From the NCBI GenBank assembly GCA_951406725.2, contig OX597823.1:24304001-24368000 (forward strand): a stretch of 64,000 nucleotides of DNA, written 5' to 3'. The notes beneath the pieces were generated by a model. It had not been told where the DNA came from, did not search any database, and saw only the letters and a list, made by a program, of their open reading frames with translations. Made by a program: the position numbers and the translations under genes. Positions within the stretch are counted from its first letter, which is position 1; every line of letters starts with the position of its first letter. The DNA is from Octopus vulgaris. Taxonomy: Eukaryota. Below, in pieces: positions 52,601 through 62,900 of the stretch.

Positions 52601-55600
52601 ATGTGCTTCAGTTGTTGAACTTCTTGGAAGAGGTTATAAAGGACAAAGATGATTGGCAAGTTCTTATGCTTGAGAAAATACATCTAAGTGAAACTGGAAC
52701 CTTAAAGGTGCATCATATATGTCTTCACCCATACTCATGATTTGTTCCTGACAAATCACACCCTAACAACTCATTTTCTTAATATCCTCCTCTCCACCCA
52801 TGTTTTTCACTTACTACATTCCCTTCTCCCTCCAACTCTGTTTTTGCTCTCTCATGAAATTATCTGCCCATTCACCCTATTCAATCCTCTGTACCGCTTC
52901 ACTTAATTACTCTGCCCTGCAAACTGATGATATGCCCAGACACATCTTTATCATCATCTCACTCTCTCTCTTACACACACACACACACACAGAGCTGTGG
53001 TAGCCAAGAATCTTCTCTTCAGCAGGACACCTGTTCCCATCCTAGTATCATATTCTAATCTCTTATCACCTTGCACAAAGCTTCCTCTTTCAATAGCATT
53101 TCTCACTCAGTTGAAGTGTATAGCCATGAGAGTTACTTGATGACCTCACTGGTGCTCATGTCAATAAAAAACACCCAGTATATTCTGTAAGGACATGTTT
53201 TCACAAAAGATTGGAAATGAATGACACTCCTTGCATGAGAGTGACAGTAAGTAGATATGTACATCTATGCACACACACACACTTATTTGCTTGTATATGT
53301 TCATATACATATATAGGTATATAGGCATGTGTTGTATATATATAACATTATAAATTTCTTCAATTTTTTTCACTCAATATCATTCTCTAAATTTTTCTTG
53401 TGTGTATATACAGTGTACTGACATACATTTTATTTCATTAGGCATTATGTTACTAATAACCTAGTGTTAGAACTCAAAATATTTTGTTCCAAAGCATATG
53501 TATATTGAGTTATATACATATGTATGTATATATGTATGTTTGTATGTTAATGAGTATATAAACAAATATATGCATATATTTGTATGCATATTCATACGTA
53601 CAGGTATACATATAAATGTTTATGTTCGTATGTATGTATATCTTCAGTTTTATTCATTCATTATCTACATTTCACCTTCCTCATAACATACACACTCCAT
53701 TGGTATCAATTTCTCTTATCAATCCCAGCTCTCTTCAATATTGACTGTGGACCTCCAAAAGAAGTTGTTAATGCAGTGAAGTCCTACAAAACCACCACCT
53801 ATAAATCTGAAGTGACCTATACTTGTCCAAAAGGAGAACAACTAAAATCAACATGTGGAAAGGACAACAAATGGACTCCAGTAACATCTGCTTGTAACGG
53901 TAACATAAATAGCTTCACTCCAGTTGTCTCTGTCAAAGTAATTTTGTTCCATCTTTGCATGTTAAATGTCTTTGTCAGAAGAAAATTGAGTCCATAATAG
54001 TTTCCATGATGTTTGTGACAGGTGGGAGAGAGAGGGAAGCTCTCCCCACAATCCCCATGAATGTTGATGAAGCAATCCCCATGAATGTCGATGGATTTCC
54101 ATTTAAGACCAAATGAAGAACCCTACCTTTGAAAATCATCCTGAACTCCCTCCAATTATTGTATATTGACCTACAGGTTGGCTTACACCATTCATCCCAT
54201 ATTTATGTTAAATGAACAACTTGGGAAAAATACTCAGGTTTACTTCCTGCATGGAAAACAAATAGTAAAGGGGCTACTTGTTCAATGAAAATATTTTTAT
54301 TAATCAAAATTTCAACCTCATTTCATGTTAAAATTAGGCTTATTCTGATCATGAAATTAAGAAGAGTCAGTCTCATAAATATATTCACTTTTTTTTTTCA
54401 TTTCATTGAAAGTATAACTCGGATGATTTAAAATTTCTTAGCTTGCTACCTTAAGGTGTGAGTGTACACATTTACTACATATTTATATTCATTCATTACA
54501 TGATAGTAGAAGGAAAACTATATTGTTTCCTAGGTCAAAACATGACAAAATCAGTAAAGTGATGGGTTTTAACTTTTCCATAGCTAGTTGCATTTAGTTA
54601 CATCTTTTTACATTCTCAGTTTAAATTCAAACAAGATGTGCTTCACCTTATTTACTTCTGAGGTTGGTAAAACAAGTGCAAGTCAAGTACTGAGTTTAGT
54701 TTATACTCATTTATATTCACTACACAGTGTGTGGCCTTGTGTTTGAGTTAGGAACTATCTTCAGTAATATTGTTACCATTAATAATTATAATCATTCTTG
54801 TTATAAAGACTGATAGATTGACAATCATTTGAGTATCAGACAAAATGTGTTGTGCCATTTTTCTGGCACTTTAGCTTCAAAGTTCAAATGCAACTGATGT
54901 AAGCATTGCTTTCCCAGAGTCAATGAAATATACTAGTGGTCAGGTGTATAAGCCAATTTCATTGATCAATTTCTACCTCAAAGTTTTGACCTAGTTTCTT
55001 TGATGAAAAGTTATTGTTGTTAATATTATTGTTTATTGGCTTAAATTTTCCTTTAATTCTAGATACTCAGATCCATTTTGTGAAAATAAAAGATGCATCT
55101 CTGGATGAAACAGGGAAAACATTGTGGGACAAGGAAGATGTAACAGTACATGAATGTGCAGGAAAATGTTTGTTAGATGAAAAATGTTTATCATTTGAAA
55201 TGAATAAAGAAAATAAAAAATGTTACTTATCAGAGAAATCTGCAAGTTCCTCCGACAAACTGAAGAAAAACAAAAACAAAGATTACTACCAGCGAGTAAA
55301 ACGTAATTATTCTTTGTTTTATCATTGGAATTCTCCTTCCTTTTTTTCCCTGAGATTTGTGATTCCATTTCTACTTCATAGTATGTAGACAACCAAATCT
55401 GTAAAGACATTGACAGGTTTACAAATGAAGACAGAAAAAAATGCAATATTAAGAATTGTAAATACTTTTAAGTTATTCTTACTGAGAATTTATTCACCTT
55501 GAAAAATTTTATGCATGCTTTCGATTGTATTTATATGTAAGAAAAGAAACTGTTCTTATTTTCCTTAAACCTGAATAGTAGTGGTTGTGGTAACACTTTT

Positions 55601-56939
55601 ATGCATAAGTTCACTTGCATTTTCATGTAAGAAAAGAAACGTCTTATTTTCCTTACACCTGAGTAGTAGTAGTAGTAGTAGTAGTGGTAGTGGTGGTGGT
55701 AGTGGTGGAGTCGGCAGCAGTGGTGGTAGTGGTGGAGTCGGCAGCAGTGGTGGTGGTGGTGTTAGCTGGGCATGTTGAAGACACATGCAAAGTGATCAAA
55801 TTGTTCTGCATGCACTTGTTCAAGTCCTGAGTTGTCCTGATATATGGTGCTATGTCAAAACCTGCTGTCACATGTATGGTGGATCTGGCTATCAGCTGAA
55901 TCCTTTATGAAAATCATCTCACTGCTTTAGACTGGGAAGGACAGGCAGTCTTTATGTTTGCTGGCTTAGGTAAAAGTTGTCACAAGCTGGACAAAATTGA
56001 TAGGGCTGAAGACAGCACACCTTTGTCATTAGCCAAGTTTTCATCAACTTTATCAAGTTTCAATTGAAAAGAAAGTTGCATGTAGAGAAAGAAGGGTTGC
56101 TCACCAGAAAATTTGCTGATGGGGGATGAGAGTGGTGAGCATAGTCCACAAGAACTGAATAAATATGGACATGTGCCTGTAAACTGGAAACTGACTACTA
56201 GAAGATGGAACTTGTCTTAGTGGTCAGGGTGACTAAGGTTTTGTGGAATTTCCATAAGTAACTCTTGGAAGTTTCCCTTAGTTTGATGAAATTTTACTTT
56301 GAAGTTTTTGTTTCTTTGATATTTTACATCTTACATTTACTTTTACATAAATCTTCCTCTACAATCCCAATGTCCTTGTCTACATTAGTGATTAATAAAC
56401 AAAACGTTGTTGTTGTTATTATTGAGTGAAAGAGCAATGCATCTCAAAGTGACACGGGTAAAATATATGGAGCCCAGTATACCCATCATGACTACCCATC
56501 TGATAAGGGTACACCAGGCACATGCATCACAACCATATGTGTGCAACAAGGTGACCTCATATCAAGATAAACAATGCATGACCTTCCAGATGGGGCCCAG
56601 TGAGAATTTTCTTCAAGTTGAGTAGCCCCACCTTCTCAAAAGGTTCCTAAATAAGGGTTGTTTAAGGACGTTGAATGAAACACCCATATTTCCAGAGGTC
56701 AATTATCCAAACTCCAAAGAATTCCTCTCAACACATAGCTATGATTCTTCCCCACTACTTCTGCTTGTAATCAGAGATACACATATCATCAGCCACTAAG
56801 GGGCATGCTCATCTGGTTACAGTTAAACAACTGACAAGCCCATCCTTTATACTATAGCCCATCCTTTATACTGAGACAAAACAATGTACATGATAACACT
56901 TCCAGTCAGTTAAAATCAGAAACCATGAGATTATTATTT

Positions 56940-56997
<58 letters not shown>

Positions 56998-59900
56998 TTT
57001 ATTGATAGTTATGTACTAGCAATTGAAATATTGACTAAAACATTACAAAACCACCAGGTACATTGATTTCTAGATGGACAATATATTTTTAAAAAACAAT
57101 CCATCCAGAAAATTATTACTCAACATCAGACATACTTCTAAGAATATATGTGAATTCTAGTACATTGTAGCAGAAGTGATTTACACTGTCATTGTGTGAA
57201 ATGTTTTCGTTTTGACTCATCTAGTCTTAAATACCTGAAAATCGGCACCTCAAGGCCTTTTCATTCCAGCAAGTCACATGACTTTATGATTAAATGCACT
57301 TGTTTGTATTGGTTGGCTTTCAGCTGTCTAATCATATTGGCACAACAGTTTATTTCTCCTTACATGAGAAATTAATCACCAGCTCCTGAGAGCCCACTAT
57401 TCTCTATAAGAAAGGCAGTTCTCCATGTTTTAGGTCTTTAGCATGCACCACTGACCACACACAACTCATATCCGGCAACAATGCTCTGACACCAGTTAGT
57501 CTCTGCTTTCATCTCCACCAGATGCCTGTCTGAACACTACATGACCAATAGACCACGACTACCTCTACACATCTCCAAACAGTACGTCAACTTTGTCTAC
57601 AGATCAACAGTCCAGCCTAGACACAAAATCTCTCACACATCTTTGTTGTGACCTGTTATTTTATTTTATTTCATATATGACAATCATTGTTATTTTATAA
57701 CTGAGAATAAATCATTGCTTACCAGTTCATTTCATTTCAAGTTATCTATCCACTTCAACATTTCCCCCATTTATCACCTTTGTTATAACATCATAACACT
57801 TAAACAAAAGCTCAGCCGAATGTTTCAGTTGCAGATAATCCATTTGTTCATCCTTCTGATAGTGCACTTTTGTTTAAGATTAAATGACCATAACAACACT
57901 TAACTTTTTTAAGGGAATATTGACCTAACAAAAGCTCACTATTAGAGAACACTTGAGCAAATGTATATTGTCTGCAGGCTAAGTATTGAGACAAAGTTTC
58001 AAATAACTTACAAGATATTCTATAAATCATATGAATTCTGTTAAAGGCATCATTTTGCGGATTAATTATTTATGTAAAATAAATTGTCTATTCACATGTC
58101 ATCTGTCACATCCTTTACAATATTTAATGTTTGTGCTGCATGTAATGTGTTTGTGATTGATTGGGTGGGTTGATGAGTATAAAATGTATTCCTTGTTTTC
58201 TTTTTCTTTTTCCAGCTGATGAGCCTTTGAAGCTTAAAAGGGTTAGTGTACCAAGCAAGGCTATTTTAGGAAAACTTAAGAATAAGAGCTTAAAAGAGTG
58301 TAATGAGGCTTGCTTTCAATATCAGGCATGTAGTGCTTATCAGTACAATGAGAAAACTAAGTTGTGTGAGCTGAGTAATGCAACTCAGTTGAATAATGAA
58401 CTTAAACCCAGCAATGAAGGTTGGGATATATACATTCCTCTGCCAGGTCAGTAGAAATTTTCCATTTTATCTATTGTATATATCTGTGTGTATTTATATA
58501 TACATATATGAATGTGCATATATTTTTATATACACTAGTGACGTTGCTTGGGATTAAAATGGCATAGTTATGTTTTGTTTTAATTGTTTCTGTAATGTGA
58601 CTGCGGCCATGTTGGAGCACCACCTTTAGTCAAAGAAATCAATCTCAGGATTTATCCTTTGTAACCCTAGTACTAATTCTATCGATGTCTTTTGCTGAAC
58701 TGTTACACTACGGGGACATAAATAAAGCAACGTCGGTTGTGAAGTGATCATGGGGGTTACAAACACAGACACACACACGCAAATATACACATATATACGA
58801 CAGTCTTCTTTCAGTTTCTGTGTATGAAGTCCACTCACAAGGCATTGGTCGGCCTAAAGCTATAGTATATATATATGTAGAAGAAATATGTTACAAAAAG
58901 AAAATATAAAATACACGTGGAACTGTAAGGGGAAAATATGAAAAATCAACGAAAATGCACATTGTAAATAAAAAAAGGCTTTTTATGAAAGGTAACGACA
59001 AATATATACATTTAGATGGACTGAGGTAGTAATAAAAGTCATAAAAGTCATTATTATGAGATGATTATAAAGTCAGAAAACAAAGCATACCATGGTTTCT
59101 GCAAAGCTATTCATTGCTTTGAATACACCGGCTAATACACGATATCAGGTCTAATAGTTCCTGAGAAAAAAGATTATTTGTAAGGGAGGTAAGTAGTACT
59201 GGGTTTAGATATAGATTTATAATGTGAATGGTGTAGGGAGTGTATAGGCGTTAGTGGTTTAAATTGAAGGGTTAATGGTGTTCTGTATTGAGTTATGTGT
59301 TCATATTTAGTTGGGGGAGATATTTATTGATGAAAAATGCCTCTTTATTCAACCTTTGTTGCATTGTGGTGTTCTGTGAACATTGGTAACTGCTATATTG
59401 GACAAACAGGAATTTCCCTCCGTCAAAGAACCACCATTCACAAAGAGCAAATCCACCACCCACAATACAGACAGTTAAAGGTGAGTGAACACATAGAAAG
59501 GTGTGCCAGGAATATTAATCCTAATTTTCAAGTCTTCCCCTTCTATCAAAGGAGAAATTAAATATGTGCTTCATTACGATAGGTAGAAACTCTAAGCAAT
59601 GAAAATATAGCCTGGACTGTGTTTAGTAGCATGAATATCAGACTTCAAAAACTAATTAACCATTTAATGGTTTTAGTAAATTTATACAGGAAAAGTAAGC
59701 ATTATACCATCCAGCATAAATAAAAGTCAACTCCATTATGCATTTTTTTTTCCTGTAAAAATCTATTCTGACATTAAATGAGTCAACTTCCAGTATGAAT
59801 TCCTATGTTTTGTACGTCATTTTCAACAAAAGAATTCCAAAAATATTCTGGAAATGATTTACTCATGTAATTTACGCACCCACTAAAGTTTATTTTTATT

Positions 59901-62900
59901 TTTGTGAAAAAATGGGGATAAATATTAGATAGGTTTAACACACACACACACAGATATATATCTGTCTCAAAAGTTATTTTTATTTATATTTTACTAATAT
60001 TTTATTTACATAGCTTTTCATCATCATCCAGTGTTTTAAATCTGGGTTTTGTCCCCATTAACAGGGGTGTCCAGATCTATCTCAGTGCCATAGCAACTGC
60101 CCTCAAACCATCTCAGCATCTTGCCCAGTTTCAGGCATCCCCCTTTTTATACCAGCCCTCCCAATCTCCTCTTCCACCTTTTCCTCAGTCTACTTTCTTA
60201 CTTTTCTCCTAACATATATACACCATTGATATTAATTTCTCTTATCAACTCCAGCCTTGACAAAAATTGACTGTGGACCACCAAAAGAGGTTCCTGGTAC
60301 ATTTATATCTTACAATACTACTACCTATAAATCTGTAGTAACCTATACTTGTCAAGATGGAGAAATTTTAAAGGCTGCATGTAAAGAGAATAATGAATGG
60401 ACTCCAGAAGTGTCTTGTAAAGGTAATGTAAATATGTTCTCTCTTTTTGACTCTGTCTAGTTAATTTTGTTTTAGCTTTGTGCTAAATGTCTATGTCAGA
60501 GAAAGACTAGCTGTGTCCGTGACAATTTCCATGGTATTTGTGACTGATGAGAGGGAGAAGAGAATTCATTCTCAGACCAGAGACCTTCCCAAATGCTTGT
60601 AACACAACAGACGTCATTAAAGATACTCAAGAGCTGGGTAATGATATTGATTTGGCTGATGGATTAAGTCTTCCACCAAAGAAAGTATGGAAGTATTTTC
60701 TCCCCAGCAGGCTTCTCCTAGTTTCCTTCCACCAAATTTTATCCACAAGGCTTAGCTGTGGAGCAGATTTTTAGCCACACAGCCAGAAGTCCAAACAGTA
60801 CTACAATATTATGAAGTAAACTTATTACTTCCATAGCTAAACCTCAGCTATTCTTGGTAGTTTTTCTCTTAATTTCTAACTTGAATATTCTCATCCACAC
60901 ATTCTGTATAATACAAGAGTTCTATACTAGAAGTCAGCAATAATCTAAAACAGATTTCTGATTCTCAAATAATATTTCATTCAAATATCCTAAATTATAA
61001 TGAAACAAATAATGATAGTTTCTGATTGGAGGTAAAAAAAATATTCTGTGTAATACATGAGTTCTTCTATACTAGAAGTCAGCAATAATCTAAAACAGAT
61101 TTCTGATTCTGAAATAATATTCCATTCCACCATCCTAAATTATAATGAAACAGATAATGATGATTTCTGATTGGAGGTAAAAAAAACAACTTTTATGTTG
61201 CAAAGGTTTATTCAACATCATCTGTTCCATTACTTGACTGTTATTTTGTGTTCTTGACTACCACAAGCATGACAGAGGGAGTTGACTTGGTCTATATTTG
61301 TTAAGATTTCATCCAATGCTGAAACAAGTATTTATGTATATATTTAAAATACAAATGAGAATGATGATGCTATCCTTTGGAATGTAGAAGGATCTCTATT
61401 TAGGATGATTTGAAGTCTCCACCATTGCTCTGTACTTCAAGTACAAGTGTCCTGTCTAATTATTGTTCTCTGACATACAGGTGTATCCATTGTGGGCCCC
61501 CAAATGCTCTCACTATTTTTACAACTTTACAATACTTTTGCTAAATTTTCTTGAGAAGAGTATCTTCTTTTCCATCCTCAACTTCTTGACAAGTAAAACC
61601 TTATTAATACAAATTAGGGATTGACCAAAGAGCAAAGTCCCAATTACCAGGTCTTTGAATCTCATCCACTACACAAACTTTTTTCCTATTGCTACCAGAC
61701 AGAGGAAAACTATCTTTTGCACTCAGTTAAAGGAGGATGTAGGGCAATCATCATGATGGAAGTTACTGACAGATTTGAAACACACACAATAACTGTTTCA
61801 CATGAATCTATAAGTCAATAATGCTTGGACACTGAATGAGTGCCTGTAACATTAATTTGTTGCTCTGTGCACATCTTGGATGGCACATTCATGACTAGAT
61901 TTTTTTTTTGGTCTAGTAGAGTCCTTTGTTAACATTGCCAGAAAGTTGCCCATAGTATTCCCAGACCAAAAAGATTTTTGAAACCAAATTTCCACCTCAT
62001 TTACATGAAAGTACAGAGCATCCCTAAGAATATCAGTGCTCTTTCCCCTCCACTAATCTTCTATATATTGCTAGAGTGCAATGCCCATCAATTCCATTAC
62101 CTAAGTCAGGTTTGACCCTTTGACCCTGTATGCATAAGATCACATTATATAATCTGGCCTTCCCTTTTTAAGATTGTGGAGAGTGATTGAGAGAGATTTT
62201 GTTAATATATCTAACAAGATGGGCATCTACATTGTAGGCTTTCACTGTCGCTGTTTCATGGTAACTGTTGAACTTAATATCGGTTTCAAATTATGGCACA
62301 AGGACAGCAAGTTTAGGGAGGAGGCAGATTTGATTACATCAAGCCCAGTGCTCAACAGTTATTTATTTTATTAACCTCGAAAGGATGAGAAGCAAAACCA
62401 ACCTTGGCAGTATTTAAATTCAGAATGTAAGGATGGACAAAATGCTGATATTTTTCCCTCATCACCTAAAATGTTGAACTTAATATATTTAGTTACATTT
62501 TGGGTTCAAATCTCATCAGGATGTATTTTACATTTCATACTGCTAAGGTTGATTAAACAAGTACTATTCAAGTATTGAGGTTCATATATTGTCATGTATC
62601 CTCACTGTAGAATCTGAGGTTTTGTGCCGTGATGGGTTGAGTAATCCAATGGTTCCCAAAGTGGGTAGTACTGTCCACTTGGGGGCAGTGGAAAGATCCA
62701 AGGGGGTGTTGAAGAAAAGTGGGAGGATAATAGGATGGCCAAAATCAGGTGATAAAAAAAATATTAATAGGTTAATTAGGTTTAAGTTTTATTTGTTAAA
62801 CACAGTTGTTTTGAATCTGCTGCTGAAAGTGGTCTATATTTGCGATGGGAATATGGCCTGGGTGCCAAGGAGGTGCCAGCCTGAGAAAGTTTGGGAACTA

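Noticed and set aside
55565-55871. Poly-Pro, Gly/Ser and poly-Thr ORFs suggesting a mucin-like exon
   Set aside because: Trinucleotide microsatellite at the position where paralogous introns carry different triplet tracts; the Thr-rich frame is on the opposite strand to the gene.
1650-57130. Possible fourth exon class in the conserved block upstream of B exons (TAG|ATAA.TA...GAA.T.CCAGTAATTGAAATT at about 1652, 11793, 24996, 57003)
   Set aside because: The reading frame is not conserved: the 11793 copy hits a stop and indels within ten codons, and the 57003 copy lacks the acceptor. It behaves as duplicated intron.
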